Origin: a virus
Virus record (IMG/VR): IMGVR_UViG_3300005804_000111
Coordinates: 2,689 to 66,688 of that record
Reading direction: 5' to 3' (one strand)
DNA length: 64,000 nucleotides
The translations under genes and the position numbers were made by a program. This document shows positions 36,556 to 45,609 of the stretch, piece by piece. The notes beneath the pieces are model-generated. The model saw only the letters and a list, made by a program, of their open reading frames with translations. It searched no databases and had not been told where the DNA came from. The number at the start of each line of letters is the position of its first letter. Within the stretch, counting starts at the first letter, position 1.

Positions 36556-37392
36556 CTAGCTTCTTCTCCACGGCAGATCATTATGCTCCCGGCCATCAAG
36601 CAGGCGGCCTGATTGACGCATCCAGTCGTAATCAGTCAGCACTGCGTCATTCATGAGTATTTGGTGCATAGACCCCGTATGCTCTTTTGAATCTGGATAC
36701 CATCGTCCCCACGATTTGAAAAAGAACGGAACTCCCGCTGCTTCACACTGATTACGGACAGATCGCGCCCAATCGGGATGCATCGGCCTTGCGTTCGGGC
36801 CGGTCTCGCCGCCGAGAAGGACACCATTACTTCTTCCCCCTATAGCCCTCAAATCCACCGGCCCCAACATCGGCTCAATCAGCAATCCGACCTTGCCGGG
36901 AATCTGCAATGCATACGGTATGCGCTTGTCTGCCATCTCCTGATTTTCGACGGTGACGAGGTGGTAGACGTTCAAAGTATGCGAGCATGGATTTCCCTCT
37001 TCGTTCACCATATAATCGGAATCGCCAAATGCAGCGGCTCTCTTTGCGCGTTTAGTGACAATTAGAAATGTGTGCTGACGCGCTCTCCACATTACCCTGA
37101 ATGCGCTGGCGATCTGCTCATCAGTCACCGCCTCATGGTACAAGTCCGACCACACTGCAAACACAGTCGGCTTCTTCGTCCGCATGGGAAGGTCGAGACG
37201 ATCAGAGCGAAAAATAACCGTTCCGTTAAATACTCCTGCTTCGTCTGTCAAAATACCGCTACTATGCCCCGGCTCCACTTCGCGTGCAAATCTATTCGCC
37301 AATGCCGCCAGCCAGCAGTTATCGCACCCGGCACTGACCGGAGTGCAGCCCTCAACGAGTGACCATGCCTTATCCCAAAATTTTCCGCTCAT
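36556..37392 (-). CDS. DUF5131 family protein, copy B
   Basis: First 90 aa identical to copy A; same downstream motifs. Confidence 0.88.
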   Translation of the reverse strand: MSGKFWDKAWSLVEGCTPVSAGCDNCWLAALANRFAREVEPGHSSGILTDEAGVFNGTVIFRSDRLDLPMRTKKPTVFAVWSDLYHEAVTDEQIASAFRVMWRARQHTFLIVTKRAKRAAAFGDSDYMVNEEGNPCSHTLNVYHLVTVENQEMADKRIPYALQIPGKVGLLIEPMLGPVDLRAIGGRSNGVLLGGETGPNARPMHPDWARSVRNQCEAAGVPFFFKSWGRWYPDSKEHTGSMHQILMNDAVLTDYDWMRQSGRLLDGREHNDLPWRRS

Positions 37393-37648
37393 TTCTTCGG
37401 CACCCCCTTCTCGGTTTCCAATCCCGACAACCGAATTTTGTAGGTTCATACTCAAATCCGTGTCTGAGTACGCATGTCAGTTCGTGTGCAAATGGTTTTA
37501 ATTCTTCTTGGCAGGTGCTGCACGGCCCGATCACCTTCATACCCTTCTGAAGTTCGATAGTGACAGTGTTGCCATAATTAGCCATGCCGAGAGAATGGGC
37601 AGCATAGCTATCTTCGTTTTTCTTTAATTTCCCCTTTGCTGTTGCCAT
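37370..37648 (-). CDS. Hypothetical protein
   Basis: Operon packing. Confidence 0.55.
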   Translation of the reverse strand: MATAKGKLKKNEDSYAAHSLGMANYGNTVTIELQKGMKVIGPCSTCQEELKPFAHELTCVLRHGFEYEPTKFGCRDWKPRRGCRRNERKILG

Positions 37649-37830
37649 TATTTATCCCTTTTCTTTTCGGCTCTTTCAACAGCATCAGCAGCTTTCCGCA
37701 GGCATGTTGCAAGCCCCTCCTCCCGAATATGGGAGAATTTACAGATGAGTTCATAGTTTATTCTCAACTCGTACTTCTGACGACCTGTTGGTGCTACGTT
37801 ATTTGAGACATTACGGATAATTATTGCCAT
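37648..37830 (-). CDS. Conserved small phage protein
   Basis: RBS GGAGG; H.REEGLA.CLRKAA. Confidence 0.6.
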   Translation of the reverse strand: MAIIIRNVSNNVAPTGRQKYELRINYELICKFSHIREEGLATCLRKAADAVERAEKKRDK

Positions 37831-37967
37831 CAAGCCTCCTTCATCTTCGCATGTTAGTAACCGGACGTGCCGCTTACCTTGGCGTTGTGCGTCAAAATTT
37901 GCCATGCCCGCCAAATTGTCGCGCTCCAATTGACATGGAGCCAGTGTGATGTTGTTCGCGTCCGGCG

Positions 37968-38561
37968 TTATGTGTCGCCCCACTGTTGTGCCATTGCCTC
38001 GGCAATGCCAATGTAGGTGCGGCTTCGGTCTTTCCACCTGTCAGGTCTTGGTGAGATGTAATACAGCCGTTCCCGCTCCCGCTTTGGCAGCTTCATCATT
38101 TCCAACTTAACTACGTTTGTTGGCTTTAGCGGAGGCAACTCCTCAAGCCAAAGACACGTTGCCTTCTGCTCCATGTGACCGAACATCCAAGGCTGTATTA
38201 CTTGCGTCTTGTCTCTCCCCACCCGCTCCCTTGCGTACTTGTGCATGATCGGGTTCTCGATGCATTTGCGCCCAATAGGTGCGTTCAGCAGCTTTCTAAA
38301 AAAAGCCGCCCCCTCATCTAGTTTTGCCCATCGTTCAGGATCACGATGTAGCCATACAACACCGCTATTTGTCAGATATGTGCATGATGGAAAAGCAATC
38401 ATCATATCCCATCCATCATTAAGAACTTCCAAAACATCCCCCTGGATGTGCGGCCCTGGCTTCTCAGACGGAAGAATATCGCACGACACCGCATCATGTC
38501 CGCGCTGAATGAAAGCATCCCGCACGGTTCCACTAAATTCGCAAGCGATCAGGATTTTCAT
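37968..38561 (-). CDS. Phage DNA cytosine methyltransferase-like protein
   Basis: ILIACEFSG.VRDAF, SCD, FPSCT, IENP, RSRTY.GIAEAMA.QW. Confidence 0.8.
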   Translation of the reverse strand: MKILIACEFSGTVRDAFIQRGHDAVSCDILPSEKPGPHIQGDVLEVLNDGWDMMIAFPSCTYLTNSGVVWLHRDPERWAKLDEGAAFFRKLLNAPIGRKCIENPIMHKYARERVGRDKTQVIQPWMFGHMEQKATCLWLEELPPLKPTNVVKLEMMKLPKRERERLYYISPRPDRWKDRSRTYIGIAEAMAQQWGDT

Positions 38562-39603
38562 TATCTACCCTCTTCCCAAACCTGTCGCACTCATACAACA
38601 CCTTTCCTTTTCTGAATGCTATTTTATGCGGATATGAAGGGTTTTCCCATTCATGCAAATCTTTAATATTGACTTTTATAGCTACATACCTGTCTCCTGC
38701 AGTAGACCGAAACTCGTTACAGAAATATGGTCGGTGGCATGCATGAAACTTCCCCGATCCGCATTCTTGTTTAGTAGGATTCCATGCGTGATGCGTGAGA
38801 GTAGAGCCAATCGTCCATAGTGTTTCATGTTCTGTGTTTTCCATTGTTTTAAAATCTTTCGACACGCGCTTATAGAGAATTACATGACCGTTTTTTACGA
38901 CAACCCCATTACGCTCAAGATATGGCAACGGCTTTATTTTTTGTATTGCTACTGTCTTAGCTGCCGTGTATTTCAACTCATCACATTCTGATGAGATGAT
39001 TAGGACACAAAAACAATGTAATACAATATTTGGGCGACCTGAAATTGCTCTCACTACTGCGCTGTCCCAAGCCTCTACCGAACTGTTGTCCCAAGCTACG
39101 ACCGAACTGTTGTCCCTAGCTACGACCGAACTGTTTCCCCTAGCTACGACCGAACTGTTTTTCTTAGCTATGACCGAACTGTTTCCCCAAGCCTCTACCG
39201 AACTGTTGTCCCAAGCTACGACCGAACTGTTGTCCCTAGCTACGACCGAACTGCTTTCCCAAGCTACGACCGAACTGTTGTCCCAAGCTACGACCGAACT
39301 GTTTCCCCTAGCTACGACCGAACTGCTTTCCCAAGCTACGACCGAACTGTTTCCCCAAGCCTCTACCGAACTGTTGTCCCTAGCTACGACCGAACTGTTT
39401 CCCCTAGCTACGACCGAACTGTTTTTCTTAGCTATGATTTTACTTGAGCATGTGAGAGGTGTTGCAACCTCCAAAGTCCCAAATACCGTCAACTCTGCAT
39501 TGAGAGTAAGCGACGACTCTGCGCGGATATACACAGCCTCGTCTTTTTTTACGCACAATATTCCATCAAGCTGTTCTTGTGTTGAGATAACTCTTTTTTT
39601 CAT
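38533..39603 (-). CDS. Octapeptide-repeat (NSSVVARG) protein with a C-terminal C..G..H domain
   Basis: 15 repeats, then ECGSGKFHAC. Confidence 0.85.
   Translation of the reverse strand: MKKRVISTQEQLDGILCVKKDEAVYIRAESSLTLNAELTVFGTLEVATPLTCSSKIIAKKNSSVVARGNSSVVARDNSSVEAWGNSSVVAWESSSVVARGNSSVVAWDNSSVVAWESSSVVARDNSSVVAWDNSSVEAWGNSSVIAKKNSSVVARGNSSVVARDNSSVVAWDNSSVEAWDSAVVRAISGRPNIVLHCFCVLIISSECDELKYTAAKTVAIQKIKPLPYLERNGVVVKNGHVILYKRVSKDFKTMENTEHETLWTIGSTLTHHAWNPTKQECGSGKFHACHRPYFCNEFRSTAGDRYVAIKVNIKDLHEWENPSYPHKIAFRKGKVLYECDRFGKRVDNENPDRLRI
39064..39423 (-). repeat. Coding 24-bp tandem repeat (15 units)
   Basis: ctacgaccgaactgtt-type units with no spacers. Confidence 0.92.
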
Positions 39604-39912
39604 TTTCTATCTCCCGTCATATTTTCATGGCGTGTCATGTTTCCTCCCTACCCGGCGCTCAAGCGGGACGCCTATCGGCGCCCCTTAGCTATGCGTTAAT
39701 CTTTCTTCACCGTCTTTTGATTCCTGCAATATTTACAGTACATAATCGTTTTACCATTTGTAAGGATCTGTCGCATAAAACCTTTCTTATTGCATCGTGG
39801 ACACACCTCATAAACAGGCTTCATGTTTCCCTTTCCGAATGACCGGATTTAACCAGTCATTCGACCGCACAAGGACGGTCAATTCATCGTTATCAATCTT
39901 TTCCGCGCAAAG

Positions 39913-40764
39913 TCAGAACAAGCACCCTTGCGCCCGTTTCAGTTCGTCTTGCGGCTTATACTCGTCAAATGGTACATGCCCCAAGAAATTCAGTTTGCTG
40001 TAATACCTCTGGACTCGCTTAATATCCAGTTCAGTCCAATTTGCTCCGATATGTGAATCTTTGTGCAACGAATCAAGAGGTTGATACCTCATAGGGTTAG
40101 GTAGTACCCCCTTGCTTCTCAACAGTTCCAACCTATACAGCGTGTCCTCTGGGGTGTCCCTGTGATTGAACAGCACATAGCAACCGATATTTTTTAACCC
40201 TGCCTTGTACGCCCTGTCGATTGCGTCCATGACCTTTGACTCTTCGTTCACATGGTCAAAAGCGAACCTCAACATTGGTTGCTTTAACTCAGCCATCCTG
40301 CGTGCATGGTGATCGGTGAACAGGTCAGCTTCAAGCCCTTGATTAAAATCCACAAAAGGCAGGGATTTCAGCCGGTCAATCACTGTGTCAAAATGCTTTT
40401 TGCTTGTGCCAAGCAAATTGTTGTCACAGATAATCGGGCGTACAGGCCAATCAGTCAGCTCCCTTAAACTTCCCTCCATCTTTGGCACAGCGCAAAAGTC
40501 GCACTTATTGTCGCATCCCCTGCTTGTGAATGTTGCCATCGGATTGTGCATTTCCAGTGCAGCAAAAACCGTTGATTCCTCCACTTTGGCAACATCCGCT
40601 AGATAGTCAGGCATCAGTTTTACAGCAGGGCCGCCAACAATCACCTTTTTCTTACTCATTATGGCAATATTCCTTGCTTCTGGAAGGTGCCAAGTGAATA
40701 CAACAGACAAATACAACCTGTCTTTCACTGTCCATCGTGCTATGCCTTTTCGCCAAGAGTACAT
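39913..40764 (-). CDS. Radical SAM protein
   Basis: TSRGCDNKCDFCAVP CxxxCxxC; DNNLL, DFNQGL, RFAFD. Confidence 0.88.
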   Translation of the reverse strand: MYSWRKGIARWTVKDRLYLSVVFTWHLPEARNIAIMSKKKVIVGGPAVKLMPDYLADVAKVEESTVFAALEMHNPMATFTSRGCDNKCDFCAVPKMEGSLRELTDWPVRPIICDNNLLGTSKKHFDTVIDRLKSLPFVDFNQGLEADLFTDHHARRMAELKQPMLRFAFDHVNEESKVMDAIDRAYKAGLKNIGCYVLFNHRDTPEDTLYRLELLRSKGVLPNPMRYQPLDSLHKDSHIGANWTELDIKRVQRYYSKLNFLGHVPFDEYKPQDELKRAQGCLF

Positions 40765-40821
40765 AATCAAAACCTTTATGGCTCTACGAGCCAGCGCGGA
40801 AAAAATTTCTAATCGGTGGTG

Positions 40822-40986
40822 TCATGGCTTTATTTTCATTATTTCCCTCGCCGCTTCACACGCCTCACAAGGGCAACCCGTTGGATATTCCTCTACCGGG
40901 TATATTTCACGATTTGCGGCCTCTCCATCCTCAAGCCAGTGCTTCGCTACGAGTTTGGCTTTTCGCAACAGTTCAGCATTATTCAT
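40822..40986 (-). CDS. Hypothetical protein
   Basis: Operon packing; CPCEAC. Confidence 0.5.
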   Translation of the reverse strand: MNNAELLRKAKLVAKHWLEDGEAANREIYPVEEYPTGCPCEACEAAREIMKIKP

Positions 40987-41284
40987 TTTTGATACCTTCG
41001 GCTTCAGGAAACAGCGGGGCATCAGCAACAACAGTGGCGCTTTCCTCTTCAGGCGCTACGACCCGCAATATCCCGCGAAGCTCGTTCATGACAAACGCCA
41101 GCTTGCTTGTCGCATGAATGTCGACACTGACAGGATCAGCCGCCCCTATCCGCAATTCGCACTCCCCCGGCTCTGCATCCTCATACGCCACAATCTCTGA
41201 CCGCTTCACTCCCGCAGGGATCGTGAACGTCCCTGTATAACTCCCATCCTTCAGCTTCCGCACCGCAATGTCATAGACCTTCAT
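40979..41284 (-). CDS. Hypothetical protein, first gene of the accessory operon
   Basis: RBS GGAGG; downstream of a promoter. Confidence 0.6.
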   Translation of the reverse strand: MKVYDIAVRKLKDGSYTGTFTIPAGVKRSEIVAYEDAEPGECELRIGAADPVSVDIHATSKLAFVMNELRGILRVVAPEEESATVVADAPLFPEAEGIKNE

Positions 41285-41319
41285 CCCGTTTCCCTCCATC
41301 CTCAATATCACGATTCCAT

Positions 41320-41335
41320 TGTTCCACGTGGAACG
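41320..41335. promoter_or_regulatory. parS-like palindrome TGTTCCACGTGGAACG
   Basis: 14-bp perfect palindrome; 15/16 match to TGTTCCACGTGGAACA. Confidence 0.7.
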
Positions 41336-41345
41336 ATATTATCGT

Positions 41346-41373
41346 ACTATACCACGCAATTTTACACTTGTCA
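41346..41373 (-). promoter_or_regulatory. Sigma70-type promoter
   Basis: TTGACA-16 bp-TATAGT. Confidence 0.65.
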
Positions 41374-41838
41374 AGGGCAATGTCTATCTAAGCTACCTTG
41401 CAAATTAGTACATTCCCCCTTTCACAGCCAGCCACATTTCCCCATTATCATCCGGCTTCAGCCGGGGCCGTACCCATCCCGTCAGGGCATGGGACGATCC
41501 TCTAATAATTACGAAAACTGACCGAATCTTTCATCAATTTAAGGTAATTAATCATATGATTTCAACAGGTTACATGATGCTTAGGGGCTGAGAAAATATG
41601 GGGTTCAGAGAGGGATACTGCGGCCATGGGTGGGGGATGGCCCGGAAAACCTACTAATCACTAGCCTAACCCGCTGATTTTTTTACATTATATCATGTAA
41701 TGTAAAGTTTTACAGTCAAAAAAAAGAGCACTGTACATGCTCTATAATGCTCTACAGGGCATATAATAGGCTCAATAATCAATCACTTAGCTTCTGTACA
41801 GCTAGTGGCCGTATTCATGCGCGTGACTGATTGTAATC

Positions 41839-42138
41839 TCAATCATTTAGAATCCGATCCAGAACAGGAATACGTTTCTGCTTTGGCCCTGTCCTTCTCT
41901 CTAGGCTCTTGACATCGGCCACATCAAGCGTCCCTGCAGCATACGCATTAATCACGAGCTTGACCCCGTACCTATACAATGCCACTCGATCCAATCCAGT
42001 AGCATCAACAATCATCTCCACCTGTTTGCTCATAGCTTCATTAATATCTACAGCACGCCTCACTATAACACCATCACGACCACAGCCATGCTTTCTTTTA
42101 GGCTTTACTTCTTTTTTTACTTTCTTTGGTCTTCCCAT
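41839..42138 (-). CDS. Basic small regulator (RHH-like)
   Basis: MGRPKK...AVDINEAMSKQVEMIV. Confidence 0.55.
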   Translation of the reverse strand: MGRPKKVKKEVKPKRKHGCGRDGVIVRRAVDINEAMSKQVEMIVDATGLDRVALYRYGVKLVINAYAAGTLDVADVKSLERRTGPKQKRIPVLDRILND

Positions 42139-42219
42139 ACTACCACCGTCCCTTTCTTTAATTACTCTATACTGTTCTTTCTGTTCTTACTCTTCTTTCC
42201 CTTGCCGGACGTGCAAGAA

Positions 42220-42317
42220 TGTTTCGATTTGGAAACATTGGGAGAGTGCAAAATTTGCATGGCATAGTACATCATAATGTTTCCTTTTGGAAACGTGCGC
42301 GTTTCTCTTTGGAAACA
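42220..42317. promoter_or_regulatory. Three operator-like palindromes TGTTTC-N6-GAAACA
   Basis: Copies at 42220-42237, 42278-42295 and 42300-42317, all ending in TTTGGAAAC. Confidence 0.7.
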
Positions 42318-42341
42318 TCTATAATTTCTTGGCTGTTTTGG

Positions 42342-42548
42342 CTATTTTTTAAGCATCTGCTTTTTACGCTCTTCTACCATCATTTGCGCTCGCCCCTCAC
42401 CCCAATAATACGCACTACCTCGATCATCCGCGCTGACATACTCCGGCACGATCGCCCCTGATGAGACGAGCTGATGCACTCGCGCCCTACTCACTCCCAA
42501 CAACCGAGCAAGCCCCGAAACAGTTATTATCGTTTTCGATCTCCTCAT
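42342..42548 (-). CDS. HTH protein, probably from a leaderless mRNA
   Basis: VSGLARLLGVSRARVHQL; TTGACA-18-TATAAT (42583-42554) ends 5 nt before the ATG. Confidence 0.75.
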   Translation of the reverse strand: MRRSKTIITVSGLARLLGVSRARVHQLVSSGAIVPEYVSADDRGSAYYWGEGRAQMMVEERKKQMLKK

Positions 42549-43092
42549 GCCTCATTATATCGCCCGAAGTGTAACCTTGTCAATTGTCAAGGGCAATTTT
42601 TGCGTCGATTCATTGACATGCTTGATGCGATTTTATCGCGCTTTGTCAATTGATTGATTTTTGCATGGTCATTTCCGGCCTATTTTTGTCAAGAATATAA
42701 CATTGGCACTGATTTTATTAGGTTTTTTAGCGTCAAAAAATATGTGTCAATAAACTGTCGCACAGACCGTGTAAATTGCGACGTTAATTTGACACTTTTC
42801 TGATGCTCTTTTTTATTCGCACGTTTAATTTGTAACTTATTGATTTTATTATGATAATAATTGTTTTTTGTGCTGTTATTTTGGCACACTTGGCACGCGC
42901 ATTGCATATATATAATGTAAAGTTTACAAAATAATCTGGAGGGATAAAAAATGATACTGACAGCGACAAACGACAACAGCCGGAACCTGGCAATCTACAC
43001 CGCGCATCTCTTTGACAATTACGGACTGCATGCCCTAGCATCGGAGATTGCAGCACTTAATAACGACCAGGCAACGGGAAAGGCGGCATAAC

Positions 43093-43347
43093 ATGAAAAC
43101 AACAGGCACCATTGAAATGGTAGCGATAGACAAATACAATCGGGTTCGAGCATGGTGCAAATGGACGTGGAGACGCCGAAAAAATCCGTATACCGGCACA
43201 ATTGAACAATGGTATACATTGACAGACAGTTTTGGCGCTGATTTCGGATCAATTGCAAACGGTTGCCGGTTTCTTCCTGTTGGGCGTGCTGATGGGATCG
43301 TAAATTACGAATGGCCGATGCACTGGACTGAATCGACAATCAATTAA
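43093..43347 (+). CDS. Hypothetical early protein
   Basis: RBS AAGG; first long ORF after the divergent promoter near 42890-42918. Confidence 0.6.
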   Translation: MKTTGTIEMVAIDKYNRVRAWCKWTWRRRKNPYTGTIEQWYTLTDSFGADFGSIANGCRFLPVGRADGIVNYEWPMHWTESTIN

Positions 43348-43364
43348 ACGGAAAGGAACTCACA

Positions 43365-43640
43365 ATGCAAAAAGGCGACAAAAAGAAACTGCGGAAAATC
43401 CTTGATGAATTGCATGATTGCGGTCAAGAACTTGAACAGCTCCGGGATCGTATGCAAGAGCGTGTTGATAAACTCCGGGAACGCTACGATAACATGAGCG
43501 AAAGAGCGCAAGAATCGGACAAGGGCCAATCACTCGAACAAGAGATTTCGGACGACGACGATACAATAAGCAGTATCGAAGAAATTATGAATAATCTGGC
43601 ATACGCCGAAGATGCAAGGCCAAGCGAAAATGAGGAATAA
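43365..43640 (+). CDS. Small acidic helical protein
   Basis: RBS AAGGA; YDNMSE..QESDKGQ..E motif. Confidence 0.7.
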   Translation: MQKGDKKKLRKILDELHDCGQELEQLRDRMQERVDKLRERYDNMSERAQESDKGQSLEQEISDDDDTISSIEEIMNNLAYAEDARPSENEE

Positions 43641-43776
43641 AAATGAATAAAACAAAGAGTAACCCGGTAACTTTTCCAGAGCGTGCCGGGTTACTCAATA
43701 CGCCAAACATAACGGACATACCCGCTATGCTCTTTTAGAGTATCGGGTATGCCGGGAAAAATCAAGAGGTTGCTAT

Positions 43777-45192
43777 ATGTTTACCATTACCGATACCAAA
43801 AAATTTAAAGCCGCGCATAAAATCGCCCTTGCTGCAATCGACAAAAAAAGCGCCATGCCGATATTGCAGCACATTCGATTTTTCAGCAATGAACGGGGCG
43901 CGTTTATCGGCTCTACTGATTTAGAGACAGCGGTAACAATCGATATTGCAGACACAATCGAGTATTCAGCACCGTTTGATTTCCTTGTCCCGTATAAACC
44001 TCTGTCCGAAGCACTCAAGACACAAAAGAGCGGGTTCTCTGTATCGGGAGTGCAGAATGAAGACGGAAACCCATATGAAAAAATCGGCGCTCTGACTGTT
44101 CAGACGTTGCCGGTCGATGAATTCCCTATCGTCCCGGATGTAAATGCTATTCCGGCCAGTATCGGCAATTTGTCAGAGACGATCAAACAGGTACTTTATG
44201 CTGCTGGCGAAAACGATGTCAGATATACACTTAACGGGGCATTGTTCGACATTTCGGAAAAGCGGTGCGTTTGTACAGACGGACACCGTATGGCAATTGT
44301 CCCGCTCGACATCTGTAATTGGTTTACCAAAAACAAGGTAATTATTGCCCGGAAAACCTGCGAACTGCTTGCCATGATTCCCGGAAATCCCATGGCGAAA
44401 ATCGAAAAAGGGAAGGCTATTTTTATCTTTGACAAGCAAACAGGTTCACCGGTTAATGCCGAAATTTATACACGTTTGAGTGATGGCAGATATCCCGATT
44501 ACAAACAGGTCGAGACACATGCTATAAAATCAAATAAAACGCGCATGACCGTTAATCGCGCCGATTTTCTGGCAGCTCTTGATATTGTATCGGGAGTATT
44601 GGAGCGAAAATGGCATAATCTCGCAAATCTCTATTTTTACGAAGGAAACGCCGTGCTTTATGCCAACCATCCCAATAACGGAACGGCACGCGCAACAGTA
44701 CAGGCCGAATATACCGGAAATGAAACTGATCCGGCAATCACTATCAATGTGCGCTTCCTGAAAGAATACTGCAATGCAATGTCAGGCGATACGGTAACGC
44801 TCGTTATAAATGAGCCGCTTTCTCCCATCTTACTATATGATGGCACCGAATCAGTATCAATCATTATGCCGGAACCAGGAAATGGCGCACGCGCCGAACA
44901 AGACCGTCTCTATATGGAATTTCCGGCACATATCAAAGCGGAAATGCAGGAACGTATCAGTCACAACCGCATTACCCGGAAACTGGCAGAGCGGAAACAG
45001 AAACAGGCACGCGCTGACATGCTGAAAAATCGCGCTGACGCTCTGGTATATGCCGGGGCATTTCTCAAGGCGCTAAAAATTTATCAAGGTATTGGTGCAA
45101 TCATGCAGTATCATGAGCTTTTGACATGTTTGCCAGATTTGGTAAAAATGGCAGCTCCAGATGGCCGGGAAAGCCTGCGGAATGCAGCATAG
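43777..45192 (+). CDS. DNA sliding clamp (DnaN-like) with a ~100-aa C-terminal extension
   Basis: MPILQH, STDLE, DEFP, DVRYTLNG, TDGHRMA, GRYPDY, NVRFL, SPILL...IIMP. Confidence 0.88.
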   Translation: MFTITDTKKFKAAHKIALAAIDKKSAMPILQHIRFFSNERGAFIGSTDLETAVTIDIADTIEYSAPFDFLVPYKPLSEALKTQKSGFSVSGVQNEDGNPYEKIGALTVQTLPVDEFPIVPDVNAIPASIGNLSETIKQVLYAAGENDVRYTLNGALFDISEKRCVCTDGHRMAIVPLDICNWFTKNKVIIARKTCELLAMIPGNPMAKIEKGKAIFIFDKQTGSPVNAEIYTRLSDGRYPDYKQVETHAIKSNKTRMTVNRADFLAALDIVSGVLERKWHNLANLYFYEGNAVLYANHPNNGTARATVQAEYTGNETDPAITINVRFLKEYCNAMSGDTVTLVINEPLSPILLYDGTESVSIIMPEPGNGARAEQDRLYMEFPAHIKAEMQERISHNRITRKLAERKQKQARADMLKNRADALVYAGAFLKALKIYQGIGAIMQYHELLTCLPDLVKMAAPDGRESLRNAA

Positions 45193-45203
45193 CGGGGGGC
45201 GAT

Positions 45204-45401
45204 ATGAAAAAGCGCGTCAATAAATGGCTGTACGGATGGCGATTTTATGTTAATTACGGGGCCGGATGGGAGTATGAAACATTCGAGACAACATGGAAAG
45301 GCATGATAGAAAATCGTCGGGCCTATCGGGAAAATTGCCCGTATCCGCTCAAAATATCGCGGGGCCGGGAAAAGAATAATCAGTATCAGGGGGCGCTATG
45401 A
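45204..45401 (+). CDS. Small aromatic-rich early protein
   Basis: NYGAGWEYE motif; GGGGG RBS. Confidence 0.6.
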   Translation: MKKRVNKWLYGWRFYVNYGAGWEYETFETTWKGMIENRRAYRENCPYPLKISRGREKNNQYQGAL

Positions 45402-45609
45402 TATACCTCGACCTCGTTTTAATCATTGCCCTTGTCTCGTTCGCGGTCTGGTATGAATGGGGACGCTTATGATTCCGGCATTGCTGCAATATCAGGCTGA
45501 ATTTATGGCCGGAACGATAACGCTTGACGCTCTGAACGAGCACGCGAAAAATGCCCCGGTATCAGAGCGCCAAGAATTAACTGAAATAGAAAATTGAAAG
45601 GAATAAACC

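Noticed and set aside
23376-37392. Diversity-generating retroelement (TR/VR pair) from the duplicated DUF5131 segment
   Set aside because: Differences are synonymous and not adenine-specific, and no reverse transcriptase motif appears in any ORF
39064-39423. CRISPR array
   Set aside because: The 24-bp units are contiguous with no unique spacers, lie in frame within a CDS, and no cas genes are present
41350-42700. Repeated TTGTCAAGGG as a special element (also at 32514)
   Set aside because: It is the reverse complement of a CCCTTGACA -35 context, i.e. ordinary promoters
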